DNA of 20,000 nucleotides from an uncultured virus (IMG/VR IMGVR_UViG_3300015050_001305) (IMGVR_UViG_3300015050_001305), one strand, 5' to 3'; shown: positions 1-8,508, numbered from the stretch's first letter. Numbers and translations: made by a program. The notes: generated from the letters alone by a model not told the origin.

Positions 1-37
1 CAGTTGACCTTCGAAAATCAATAACAAGGATAATGCC

Positions 38-307
38 ATGAATAATAAACCCGCCGCCGTGGATTTTCGCATTACGCGCGAAGTCGACCTAATCCTGGTC
101 GCCTGGGCACCAGGCTGGCATCCAATTGAAGTGGATTTTGACCTTTCAGGTAAGCCTTTTATTGTCACCGACTCAGAATATTGCCAACCTGGCGTATCGG
201 GCTTGCCGGCCAATGTGGCATATGAATTAAGCAGCGACGAAGCAGATCGTCGGGCTGAACTACAACAAGGCGAAGCCTGGCAACGCCCTTTCGCGGATAA
301 TCACTAA
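38..307 (+). CDS. hypothetical phage protein
   Basis: 89-aa ORF; AAGGA SD 7 nt upstream; stop overlaps next start (TAATG). Confidence 0.7.
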   Translation: MNNKPAAVDFRITREVDLILVAWAPGWHPIEVDFDLSGKPFIVTDSEYCQPGVSGLPANVAYELSSDEADRRAELQQGEAWQRPFADNH

Positions 308-441
308 TGACTAAAAATGCAGTTGGAGACATCATGACCAAGCACAAAGATCCATATCGCCACGAGCTTTTGGCGTTCGCTGCCGCGTACATCGGCGCTG
401 TCTTATTGGGAATAGCAATTCTAGTGCGTGTGGGACTATGA
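307..441 (+). CDS. small membrane protein (44 aa, not in ORF track)
   Basis: MTKNAVGDIMTKHKDPYRHELLAFAAAYIGAVLLGIAILVRVGL*; fills the gap exactly with TAATG and ATGA overlaps; C-terminal hydrophobic helix. Confidence 0.7.
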   Translation: MTKNAVGDIMTKHKDPYRHELLAFAAAYIGAVLLGIAILVRVGL

Positions 442-647
442 CCAAAATCCCCCCACGCGTCCGCTTAGCTGACGAGCTGAAACTAGCCCGCGCAATTGCC
501 ACTGTCGAAACAGCGAAGCGTTCGCCGTATGCCAAAGCGTTTCGCATCCTGCGTGGCATCCGCGATGATGAAACGTACGACGACGCATTCAATGTGATTT
601 ACGAATGGGGTTCAGAGACGGGCGTCCTGAACGAGGTAGACGAATGA
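438..647 (+). CDS. hypothetical phage protein
   Basis: 69-aa ORF with ATGA overlaps on both sides. Confidence 0.7.
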   Translation: MTKIPPRVRLADELKLARAIATVETAKRSPYAKAFRILRGIRDDETYDDAFNVIYEWGSETGVLNEVDE

Positions 648-889
648 ACGATAGAACACCAATAAGCAATGCCTCTGCGTTGGCAATTGCATACATTACG
701 GCTTTAAACTACGGCTATGTTGAAGACGACCAGCTTATCTCTGTGCTTGGCAAACCAGCTAAGGATCTGGCGCATCAAGCATGGCATCACATGAATGGCC
801 TAGGCGAAGGTGTTCATGTGAGGCACATATGGAACCTGGCTATAAGACTGCTCCATGACGGATGGTCCCCCGTGCCACGTCACGACTAA
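644..889 (+). CDS. hypothetical phage protein
   Basis: Start moved from 605 to 644 (ATGA overlap with upstream stop); MNDRTPISNA... Confidence 0.65.
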   Translation: MNDRTPISNASALAIAYITALNYGYVEDDQLISVLGKPAKDLAHQAWHHMNGLGEGVHVRHIWNLAIRLLHDGWSPVPRHD

Positions 890-903
890 GACCTCACAAT
901 TTA

Positions 904-930
904 TGAAAGTATTTGCAGTGACAACTGTAG
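904..930 (+). promoter_or_regulatory. putative ECF-type promoter TGAAAG-N16-TGTAG
   Basis: TGAAAG 904-909, TGTAG 926-930, intergenic, 16 nt before ATG 947; same motif at 7041, 8483 and 17758(-). Confidence 0.6.
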
Positions 931-946
931 GTAACGTTAAGCACCT

Positions 947-1417
947 ATGAATGAAATCAAACCATATCCCGCCATCTTCTACGGCATGCGTTGGAAATAC
1001 GACCCAGCCCTCTGGGCGCTGGCGGACAGTTCATCGCCTCAAGGCTGGCGAGCCATCTATGCTCGCGCCCATGGTATTAACCCGCCCAAAGGTCAAATGC
1101 CTGTACATCATGAGATAATTCAGACGAGCGAAGAAAAAGATTTCGTGAAGGGTTATGAGCATTTTGCGTTCGCGCAGCAAAAAGCAATCAGCAAATCTGG
1201 CTGCGAAGTCTATCGCCATCATCGGACGCGCGAAATTTTTATAATCATGACGGTTTCAATTACGGAGAGCGATTCCGATACCAGCCATTCGCTTGGTCGT
1301 TCTGTTCTTCAATTTGATCGCGAAAACAATTGGAATAACCAACTACATGAAATGGCTCGAATCTTAGGCTTTCCGCTAGATCGTCAGTCCTTTGATTGGT
1401 GGCTGATTCATGCGTAA
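947..1417 (+). CDS. hypothetical phage protein
   Basis: 156-aa ORF, first gene of a tightly packed + strand run. Confidence 0.7.
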   Translation: MNEIKPYPAIFYGMRWKYDPALWALADSSSPQGWRAIYARAHGINPPKGQMPVHHEIIQTSEEKDFVKGYEHFAFAQQKAISKSGCEVYRHHRTREIFIIMTVSITESDSDTSHSLGRSVLQFDRENNWNNQLHEMARILGFPLDRQSFDWWLIHA

Positions 1418-1640
1418 AATCGACCCACTCGTAATCGCAGAGTTCGAGGCCAGGTTGCATTGGCTACAGCGCGAGAATGAATTATTGCGCACCTCTGCAA
1501 GAGCCGAAGTAATTAAGGAGATTGCCTCGTATTTCGACATGGTTGCTGAGAATAAGGTTTGGCCGGTGCCAGCCATTGTCGCAACCTATGCCGAATCTTT
1601 TGCGCAAACAATTCGAGCCGGCAAAGCCAAGGTAAAGTGA
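1410..1640 (+). CDS. hypothetical protein (short coiled coil)
   Basis: 76 aa; 8-nt overlap with upstream gene. Confidence 0.65.
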   Translation: MRKIDPLVIAEFEARLHWLQRENELLRTSARAEVIKEIASYFDMVAENKVWPVPAIVATYAESFAQTIRAGKAKVK

Positions 1641-1643
1641 AAT

Positions 1644-2144
1644 ATGAATGCTAATGAAGTCTATAAGTTAAAACCAATTTCCGTAAATTCTGATTTGTGG
1701 GATATCGTATCCCACTTAGACGAGTTGACCCATGTCCGCTTACCCGACGTAGACCCCGCAGGTCGCATCACCCTGCACACGTATACCTATTTTGATTTCG
1801 ATGGCCGTAGGACATGGTGTCTCAAAGGTCTTTATTTCGATGACCAACCTTGCGCAATCTTTCAAAGTGCAGGCAGGGAAGGCGATGACCATCGGGCTCA
1901 TTTCATCACCAATAGGCAAGTTTTTATCATGGCCATGGCTTATCTGGAGACGCTAAACGCGAATGGATATCAATTCGATGTCATCGACCCAGAGGTTGAC
2001 ATGCCTGAATTAACTAATTTCTACGGTTGCGAGCTTGTCGATATTCTGGCTATGGTTGCAATCCAAGATGCAAAATACAAAGCCAGGTATGCAGCTCTTG
2101 AAGAGGAAAAAGCCGGCGATGCAGTCATCGTTAATGAAGCTTAG
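1644..2144 (+). CDS. conserved-looking hypothetical phage protein
   Basis: 166 aa; motif-like segment FDGRRTW...FQSAGREGDDH...FITN. Confidence 0.75.
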   Translation: MNANEVYKLKPISVNSDLWDIVSHLDELTHVRLPDVDPAGRITLHTYTYFDFDGRRTWCLKGLYFDDQPCAIFQSAGREGDDHRAHFITNRQVFIMAMAYLETLNANGYQFDVIDPEVDMPELTNFYGCELVDILAMVAIQDAKYKARYAALEEEKAGDAVIVNEA

Positions 2145-2343
2145 GATCTATTGGAGCAAGCGCGAAAAAGCGCTGCTCTACAACGGCCCTAAACAAACGG
2201 GTGGATTATTGGCTAGCCTGTTTGAGCAGCACCGAAACAATGATGGCAGAACGTTGGCGCAGGAACTTGAGTCACGGGGCTATGATTTGACCACGTTACG
2301 TTTTACGATTAAACACAAGACCCAGTTGGAATCCGACGCATGA
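2134..2343 (+). CDS. hypothetical phage protein
   Basis: Start moved to ATG 2134 (MKLRIYWSK...ELESRGYDLTTLRFTI); ATGA overlap with the next gene. Confidence 0.7.
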   Translation: MKLRIYWSKREKALLYNGPKQTGGLLASLFEQHRNNDGRTLAQELESRGYDLTTLRFTIKHKTQLESDA

Positions 2344-2852
2344 AGACCTTGTTTATCGAAATTGATGGCGTGATGGCGAATTTGCTTGATGCGATCAAGG
2401 CACTATCGGACCCGGCTGCACCTAGCTTGCAGATGGCGGATATCAAGGATGATGAAGCCTGGGCAGATCTAAACGTTCAGCGCCATCGTGATTTCTTTCT
2501 GAAATTACGATTCTTGCCATTCGCCAAAGCATCCGTGAGTGAGCTAGCTAAACATTTCCGCATCTACTGGATTGTCAAGCCTGTTAGGAAAATGCCTCAA
2601 TCGTATGCCGACAAGGTTGATTGGGTTACGGGACACTTCGGCCAAGCCGCCGCCAAGAATGTCATTCTAACGTGGCAACCTCATTTGATTACTGGCGATT
2701 ATCTGCTGACTGCCCAGCCCTTAACCGACGTTACCGCCTTTCACCACGTCATTGCCCATACGACCTGGCCGGGTACCTTACGGGAAATCGAAAAGCACGA
2801 AGGCATCTCGCTCTTTGAGCCTATTATGGCTCAGCTCTATTATAAGGATTAA
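2340..2852 (+). CDS. 5'(3')-deoxyribonucleotidase (NT5C, HAD)-like protein, catalytic motifs degenerate
   Basis: KTLFIEIDGVMAN (cf. DxDGV), FFLKL, ADKVDWV.HFG, NVILT, GDYLLTA (cf. GDYLIDD). Confidence 0.75.
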   Translation: MKTLFIEIDGVMANLLDAIKALSDPAAPSLQMADIKDDEAWADLNVQRHRDFFLKLRFLPFAKASVSELAKHFRIYWIVKPVRKMPQSYADKVDWVTGHFGQAAAKNVILTWQPHLITGDYLLTAQPLTDVTAFHHVIAHTTWPGTLREIEKHEGISLFEPIMAQLYYKD

Positions 2853-2857
2853 ACCAG

Positions 2858-3052
2858 ATGGAAGAATCATGCACCTGCGCGCCAACCGAATCACGCGGAC
2901 GCGGCACCCCAGATCGTACCACCCCTAGCTTCTGCGCGGCTTGCTTGCAACGCTTGGAACGAATGGCGAATGCCCCAAGGGAAACCAGATCCACGCATCC
3001 GGACTTTCGCCCCGTCGACAAGCAGGTGGCGTGGAGTCCGTATCCTGCGTAG
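2858..3052 (+). CDS. small Cys-containing protein
   Basis: 64 aa, CTC...FCAACLQRL; 5-nt gap from upstream gene. Confidence 0.55.
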   Translation: MEESCTCAPTESRGRGTPDRTTPSFCAACLQRLERMANAPRETRSTHPDFRPVDKQVAWSPYPA

Positions 3053-3096
3053 TACTATGAAGTATGAATTGGTAGGATACTAATAAAAAAAAATTC

Positions 3097-3258
3097 GTGG
3101 GAGAAGATAAAGGACATGCTGGCCGCCAGGCCGCGATTGTAGCGGCAGCTCAAGCTGTCGTGCGCTGCTATCGGCAACCTGGCAACATCGCAACCAGATC
3201 TTTCGTTGACGCTCTATTGACGCTGATTCGCACTGTCGAAGAATGCAATAAATTATGA
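3097..3258 (+). CDS. hypothetical protein (53 aa, not in ORF track)
   Basis: GTG start; (M)GEDKGHAGRQAAIVAAAQAVVRCYRQPGNIATRSFVDALLTLIRTVEECNKL*; ATGA overlap with 3255. Confidence 0.55.
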   Translation: MGEDKGHAGRQAAIVAAAQAVVRCYRQPGNIATRSFVDALLTLIRTVEECNKL

Positions 3259-3497
3259 AATTACCATTGTTTACATGTGAAGGCTTTGAGATTGAATCCA
3301 AGCCCTTGGTTATGGATTTACCCCATCGAGACGGCGACGATACTTCGACAGCTGAGCCAAGCCACTATGAATGCGTCGCTTGCCATAAAACCTTCGAAGG
3401 TCAACTAGCTGGCAATAAATACACGATAATACTTTGCACTTCATGCCAGCGCCACGCACTGGAAAAGTCAGTAAGGGAAATGTTTCCTAAATCATGA
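3255..3497 (+). CDS. C4 zinc-finger protein
   Basis: YECVAC...LCTSCQRHALE. Confidence 0.7.
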   Translation: MKLPLFTCEGFEIESKPLVMDLPHRDGDDTSTAEPSHYECVACHKTFEGQLAGNKYTIILCTSCQRHALEKSVREMFPKS

Positions 3498-3757
3498 AAA
3501 CACCAAATCGACTCAAGGCGAAGCCGACCGCCTTTGCCATTGCCCGACGCTACCTGGCAGGCGAAGATATTGCGGCGGCGCATTATGCTGCAGCCGACTA
3601 TTACGAGTGCGTTGCCTGCTTCGAGACGCTGAGCTGTGACGCCGAAGCCGACCCACCTATTTTCTGCCACGCATGCACCCGGCTCGCCTTGGATGTCATG
3701 TCCCAGGAGATTATCGCTCTTGCTCGCAAACGGCGGGCTGCAAACCTTAAAGGATAA
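3494..3757 (+). CDS. C4 zinc-finger protein, paralogous domain to upstream gene
   Basis: YECVAC...FCHACTRLALD; ATGA overlap. Confidence 0.7.
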   Translation: MKTPNRLKAKPTAFAIARRYLAGEDIAAAHYAAADYYECVACFETLSCDAEADPPIFCHACTRLALDVMSQEIIALARKRRAANLKG

Positions 3758-3762
3758 CCAAA

Positions 3763-4179
3763 ATGAAATTAACTGAGATTCTAAAAGAATACGACCCGCC
3801 TAACAATCTTAGGATAAAACGTCAGGTTTGGGGCGAATACTACGTCAACGTTCATCAACACCTGCTGCTTGATAGCAAAGGTAGCAGTGCATGGCTAAGC
3901 GCTGTAGATGTCAACGCAGATGATTGGATTATGGTCAAGGAACCCTTATTGTCCTCGCTGGCGAATCTTTTGCTGAAGCATGAAACAACTCGCCTACCTA
4001 TCTTTAAGCGGGCAGGCTGGAATTCACCCCATGAGAATGCAGCTGCTATTGACGAGGAGGGAGACCTGCTCTTGATGAAAGACGGCGTGGTCACAGATGA
4101 CCCATTTAGAATGACGGTGATGGACATCATGGCAGATGACTGGTTCTATGCTGGGAAGCATAGAACCAGAACCGGATGA
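3763..4179 (+). CDS. tandem DUF2829/Tad2-like repeat protein (putative nucleotide-signal sponge)
   Basis: Two copies of KRxxW...DxxADDW (RIKRQVW...DVNADDW; FKRAGWN...DIMADDW); AAGGA SD upstream. Confidence 0.6.
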   Translation: MKLTEILKEYDPPNNLRIKRQVWGEYYVNVHQHLLLDSKGSSAWLSAVDVNADDWIMVKEPLLSSLANLLLKHETTRLPIFKRAGWNSPHENAAAIDEEGDLLLMKDGVVTDDPFRMTVMDIMADDWFYAGKHRTRTG

Positions 4180-4243
4180 ATAATTCGCAATCAGAATCAG
4201 GCTTGCTTGCAAATATTTTCCAGATGGAATGTAGTCTATTTTT

Positions 4244-6283
4244 ATGAGTATTGTAGTTCAACAAAATGTCTGGGTAGCCATTTACCCCTATGCTCAGCGC
4301 CAGGTGCCCAAGGATGCCGGCTTTGCCTGGCACGGCGACGACTGTCGACCGAGCTGTGCGGGCTGCAAGATTGGCCTGCGGCACAAGGTTTGGTGGACGG
4401 CTAAACCTGAATGCGCGGCACTATTGCGGTCGGAATGTGATGAGGCAGCCTTGGCGCTCTTAACGCGGCATATCACCAGCGTAGAGGCGTCCAAGGCCAT
4501 GGATGCTGATATCGATGTGCCTGTACCGCCTGGGTTGGCTTATTTGCCTTACCAGAAGGGTGCGATTGCCTATGCGCTGGCGCGGCCTAATACGCTAATC
4601 GCAGACGAAATGGGGCTTGGCAAGTCGATTGAGGCGCTGGGTATCATCAATGCGTCTCCGCATGTCAAATCGGCGCTGCTGATTGTGCCGGCTTCGCTAC
4701 GGCTGAATTGGGCGCGTGAGGCGAAGAAGTGGCTAGTACGTGACGTTAAGACGTTTGTGGTGGAGGAATCTAAGAGTCAGATTCCTGCAGATGCTGAGCT
4801 GGTCATTGTTAACTACGATCTGATTCGTAGCAAGCGCGTGAACCATCCTGGAGGGCTGTTGGATACGAGTGGCAAGCTGGTTAGACAGCTGCAGTCTTCG
4901 CTCATTCATGCACAGCTCATGGCGCGCAGCTGGGATGTCATGATTGTCGATGAATGCCATCGTTTGAAGGATACGAAAGCGCTTCAGTCTATTGCCATGT
5001 TTGGCGTTGCTGAGCAGAAGCGTAAGGGTATTACGGCGGTGCCGGGGTTGATGCATCAGGCGAAACAGATGGTGTTTTTATCTGGTACGCCATTCCAGAA
5101 TAAGCCTATTGAGATTCAACCTATTTTGGCAGCCTTGGTGCCATCTGAGTTCGGTAACTTTTTTGCTTTTGCGAAGAAGTATTGCAATGCGCATCAGGAT
5201 GATCGCGGCCACTGGGACTTCGACGGCGCATCGAATATGCCTGAGTTGCAAGAAAAGCTGCGTTCAACGTGTATGGTGCGGCGGCTCAAGCGGGATGTGA
5301 TGCGCGAATTGCCACCGAAGCGTCGGCAGGTAATTCTGCTGCCTGCGGATGGCGCGGCCAAGGCGGTGGCGGCTGAGACCAAGGCTTGGGCAATGCATGA
5401 AGAGCGTTTGGCTATTTTGCGCAATGAGGCTGATTATGCGCATGCGGCGAATGATCAGACAGCGTACAAAGCGGCGGCTGAAGCACTGCGGGCAGCTGGC
5501 AAGATAGGTTTTGAGGAGATTGCGCAAGAGCGCAAGAATGTCGCCATGGCTAAGCTGCCTAGGGTGATTGCGCATCTCGAAGATGCCTTTGCGCAGGGCA
5601 TCGAGAAAATTGTTTTATTTTGTTATCACCACGATGTCAGTAATGCCTTGATGGCTCACTTTGGTGATGCTGCCGTTAAGCTGACAGGAGAAGTGACATC
5701 TAATAATGAACGCCAGCTGGCGGTAGACAGATTTCAAACCGACCCAGCTGTAAAGTTATTCGTCGGATCTATTGGCGCAGCCGGCGTGGGCCATACGTTA
5801 ACCGCGTCCTCTACGGTTATCTTTGCTGAGTTGGATTGGGTGCCGGCCAACGTTTCTCAGGCGGAAGATCGATGTCACCGAATTGGTGCTTCGCTACATA
5901 CCAACGTGCTGGTGCAGCATCTGGTACTTGACGGATCTATTGATGCACGAATGGTGCAGCTGTTAATCGAAAAGCAGGAAATTGCGGACGCCGCCTTGGA
6001 CCTGGCTACGGAGATTGACGTACCCGTGACGGCAACTATCTTACGGCGGCCAGGTTATTATCCTGAGGTGTCAGCGCTAAAGCAAAGTGCTGTCCATCGG
6101 GCGATGCAACACCTGTTGCAACTGCCCGCCTTTGATAAAATCGATATCAGCGTAGGCCGGAAGCTCGCATTGGCGGAGACCCTGACGGATGGCCAAGCTT
6201 GGATGGCAGAGGCCTTGGCCAAGAAATATCGTATTCAATTAACCAGTGAGATCTTAGTCGGTATGGGCTTAGATCCTTTCTGA
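4244..6283 (+). CDS. SNF2-family (SMARCAL1/HARP-like) helicase/ATPase
   Basis: LIADEMGLGKS (motif I), DECH (II), LSGTP (III), QAEDRCHRIG (VI); phage-type C-terminal ...LT.GQ...KKY..QL domain. Confidence 0.93.
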   Translation: MSIVVQQNVWVAIYPYAQRQVPKDAGFAWHGDDCRPSCAGCKIGLRHKVWWTAKPECAALLRSECDEAALALLTRHITSVEASKAMDADIDVPVPPGLAYLPYQKGAIAYALARPNTLIADEMGLGKSIEALGIINASPHVKSALLIVPASLRLNWAREAKKWLVRDVKTFVVEESKSQIPADAELVIVNYDLIRSKRVNHPGGLLDTSGKLVRQLQSSLIHAQLMARSWDVMIVDECHRLKDTKALQSIAMFGVAEQKRKGITAVPGLMHQAKQMVFLSGTPFQNKPIEIQPILAALVPSEFGNFFAFAKKYCNAHQDDRGHWDFDGASNMPELQEKLRSTCMVRRLKRDVMRELPPKRRQVILLPADGAAKAVAAETKAWAMHEERLAILRNEADYAHAANDQTAYKAAAEALRAAGKIGFEEIAQERKNVAMAKLPRVIAHLEDAFAQGIEKIVLFCYHHDVSNALMAHFGDAAVKLTGEVTSNNERQLAVDRFQTDPAVKLFVGSIGAAGVGHTLTASSTVIFAELDWVPANVSQAEDRCHRIGASLHTNVLVQHLVLDGSIDARMVQLLIEKQEIADAALDLATEIDVPVTATILRRPGYYPEVSALKQSAVHRAMQHLLQLPAFDKIDISVGRKLALAETLTDGQAWMAEALAKKYRIQLTSEILVGMGLDPF

Positions 6284-6300
6284 ATCTATGGGTATAGCTA

Positions 6301-6588
6301 ATGACCACGAACAATGCCAATGTCGCTGCCATGTCTGCGCCATCAAGTCCCCAAACCGTTAATGAGCTAATCGACCAACTGCTTGAGCGATTAGATGGCG
6401 ACGGTGAAATATCCGTGCCAGTTACACTGCTGCGTACGATTTGCAAGCAGCTCGTCGCACGCGGTCAACTGATTGGCGCTTACAAGAAGTTACTGACCTA
6501 TGCCGCCGATGAAATCAGCCTCAACGCTAACGACCCTGAATTAGTAGCAGTAATTACCAACGCAATCAAAGATATGAACAACCCATGA
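6301..6588 (+). CDS. hypothetical protein
   Basis: 95-aa helical ORF; ATGA overlap with the next gene. Confidence 0.65.
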   Translation: MTTNNANVAAMSAPSSPQTVNELIDQLLERLDGDGEISVPVTLLRTICKQLVARGQLIGAYKKLLTYAADEISLNANDPELVAVITNAIKDMNNP

Positions 6589-7031
6589 TTTATAAAATTA
6601 TCAATCCCTCCGACGCTCTGACCCTGGAAGCTGATGTCGCCGATGAAGCCTTGGCAGGCTTGGCTATTATTATCCTGAGTAAAGGCAATTATGGGCTTAC
6701 GGATGCCAATGATGTAACCGTCTGTCCTATCTTTGCCTTCTCATGCCCTGAGCGCTTAGTCGAGTGGCTGGGAGATCGAAATATTAGCAACGGGTCCGCC
6801 GATGAGTTCATCCTCGCCAATGGTGACAAACTAGCTACTATTCTGGAATCAGTTGTCTATGGCAACGTTTCAGATCGTCGCCTCTTGGTCAGCGCCATGG
6901 CCGCTATGGAACCTGCTGTTGCTGCTCAGTACCTGGCCGAATGGAACGATACTAAGCGAAGCTCCATGACCAACATCCGCGCCAAGGCCTTAGAGTTGGC
7001 CAGCCATTTACGTCAACGTGCAAAACATTAA
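6585..7031 (+). CDS. conserved-looking hypothetical phage protein
   Basis: 148 aa; IYKIINPSD...GNYGL...RSSMTNI. Confidence 0.75.
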   Translation: MIYKIINPSDALTLEADVADEALAGLAIIILSKGNYGLTDANDVTVCPIFAFSCPERLVEWLGDRNISNGSADEFILANGDKLATILESVVYGNVSDRRLLVSAMAAMEPAVAAQYLAEWNDTKRSSMTNIRAKALELASHLRQRAKH

Positions 7032-7040
7032 CGCAATCTA

Positions 7041-7067
7041 TGAAAGATCACACCTCCTGGCTTGTAG
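7041..7067 (+). promoter_or_regulatory. putative ECF-type promoter TGAAAG-N16-TGTAG
   Basis: TGAAAG 7041-7046, TGTAG 7063-7067, 8 nt before ATG 7076. Confidence 0.6.
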
Positions 7068-7075
7068 GTACAACT

Positions 7076-8476
7076 ATGAAAATTATCAATGTCAGACTCG
7101 GCCTCGCTACCAATAGCTCATCCACTCACTCAATCATCTTTTTGCCCAAAGATAAAAATATGCGGTCTACCGACAGCGAGGGCAGTCGTTATGGCTGGGA
7201 TTATTTCCACCTAGCAGACAAAGCAAGCAAGCTAGACTACCTTGCCACTTCACTAATGACGCAACTTCAGACAGAACTAGGCGAAGATATCGCAAGATCT
7301 GTCGTTAATGATTGGTGCAAGAGCGACCTGGACTTTGATGATACCTATTACGTAGACCATCAGTCGACCTTGACCTTCCCGCGAAACTGGGACGGCAAAG
7401 GCCTGGACCGCAAATTCTTTGATGCATTCAAAGAATTTATTGTTCACGATGATATTGTTATCGCTGGCGGCAATGACAATGACGACGAACGACCTTATGC
7501 AATTGAAGCTGGCGGCAGAGATCTTGACTCATTACCTGTAGAGTCATACAGCGCACCATGGGTAGCACGCCAGGACCATGACTATTGGACTATTTTTAAT
7601 CGTGATTCAGGTGCAAAAATTCGGCTTGCCCTCGCATCGCCATTCAATGCGATGCCTCGGCGCAGCACCGCGCCTGAGCTGATTGACATTAAGATTACGG
7701 ACTACTGCCCATTTAATTGCGAATTCTGCTACCAGGATTCAACCTTAAAAGGTGCGCATGCAGACTATGGATGGTTGCAATCACTTGCCTTTCACCTAGG
7801 AGATCAAAAAGTATTTGAAGTCGCACTCGGCGGCGGCGAACCAACCCTGCATCCTAAATTCGTGGAAATCCTGGCCATGTTTCGTTACAGCGGCGTCGTG
7901 CCAAACTTTACAACTAAAAATCTTGGTTGGTTAAAAGATGAAGTGACCCGCGACAAGATTTTGAAATATACAGGCGCATTTGCCTACTCAGCTCAAACCG
8001 CCGAAGATGTCAGAGCGTTTGTAGCGGCATTGCCCAAGAATTTGAAATTTGAAAAGCGGGTAACGATCCAACATGTTGTAGGTGTCGTCGATGCCGATGA
8101 ATTCAAGGCCGTACTTGAAGCCTGTGCCGACGCGCATTTCCCAATCACCTTACTGGGTTACAAAATGGTAGGACGAGGGCCAGCCTTTAGTCCCAAGACA
8201 TCGTCTGCCTGGCTGAATATCGTGAAGGAAGTCTGCGAGCGGAGAAGTCTCCGCGTAGGTATTGATACAGCCTTGGCCGATGATCACTGGGATGACCTCA
8301 AGAATGCTGGGATTTCTGAATGGTTGCTGACAAGGATCGAGGGTCAATTCTCCTGTTACATTGATGCCGTCGCAAAGACAATCAACACGTCTTCTTACAC
8401 TACGCGGGCGGGCTCACCGATGGGGGACCTTCAGTTCGACATTCCAGCGCTGTACGCCGATTTGCCTCATCAGTAA
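7076..8476 (+). CDS. radical SAM enzyme fused to N-terminal 'RxGxxTNSSSxHS' domain
   Basis: CPFNCEFC (CxxxCxxC, 7706-7729), ALGGGEPTLHP, VPNFTT; start likely 7076 (MKIINVRLGLATNSSSTHS) rather than 7040. Confidence 0.9.
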   Translation: MKIINVRLGLATNSSSTHSIIFLPKDKNMRSTDSEGSRYGWDYFHLADKASKLDYLATSLMTQLQTELGEDIARSVVNDWCKSDLDFDDTYYVDHQSTLTFPRNWDGKGLDRKFFDAFKEFIVHDDIVIAGGNDNDDERPYAIEAGGRDLDSLPVESYSAPWVARQDHDYWTIFNRDSGAKIRLALASPFNAMPRRSTAPELIDIKITDYCPFNCEFCYQDSTLKGAHADYGWLQSLAFHLGDQKVFEVALGGGEPTLHPKFVEILAMFRYSGVVPNFTTKNLGWLKDEVTRDKILKYTGAFAYSAQTAEDVRAFVAALPKNLKFEKRVTIQHVVGVVDADEFKAVLEACADAHFPITLLGYKMVGRGPAFSPKTSSAWLNIVKEVCERRSLRVGIDTALADDHWDDLKNAGISEWLLTRIEGQFSCYIDAVAKTINTSSYTTRAGSPMGDLQFDIPALYADLPHQ

Positions 8477-8482
8477 ATAAAG

Positions 8483-8508
8483 TGAAAGAATGGTCGGCTC
8501 AGTTGTAG
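8483..8508 (+). promoter_or_regulatory. putative ECF-type promoter TGAAAG-N15-TGTAG
   Basis: TGAAAG 8483-8488, TGTAG 8504-8508, intergenic, 10 nt before ATG 8519. Confidence 0.55.

Noticed and set aside
3064..3258. Possible TAG recoding (ATG AAT TGG TAG GAT... would extend the 3097 ORF)
   Set aside because: Long conserved genes have no internal TAG, and several genes (GGDEF, HNH, GNAT-like) end properly at TAG. The standard code fits.
4343..4366. CxxxCxxC in the helicase as a second radical SAM domain
   Set aside because: No surrounding radical SAM barrel or GGEP motif; kept only as a possible metal-binding insertion.
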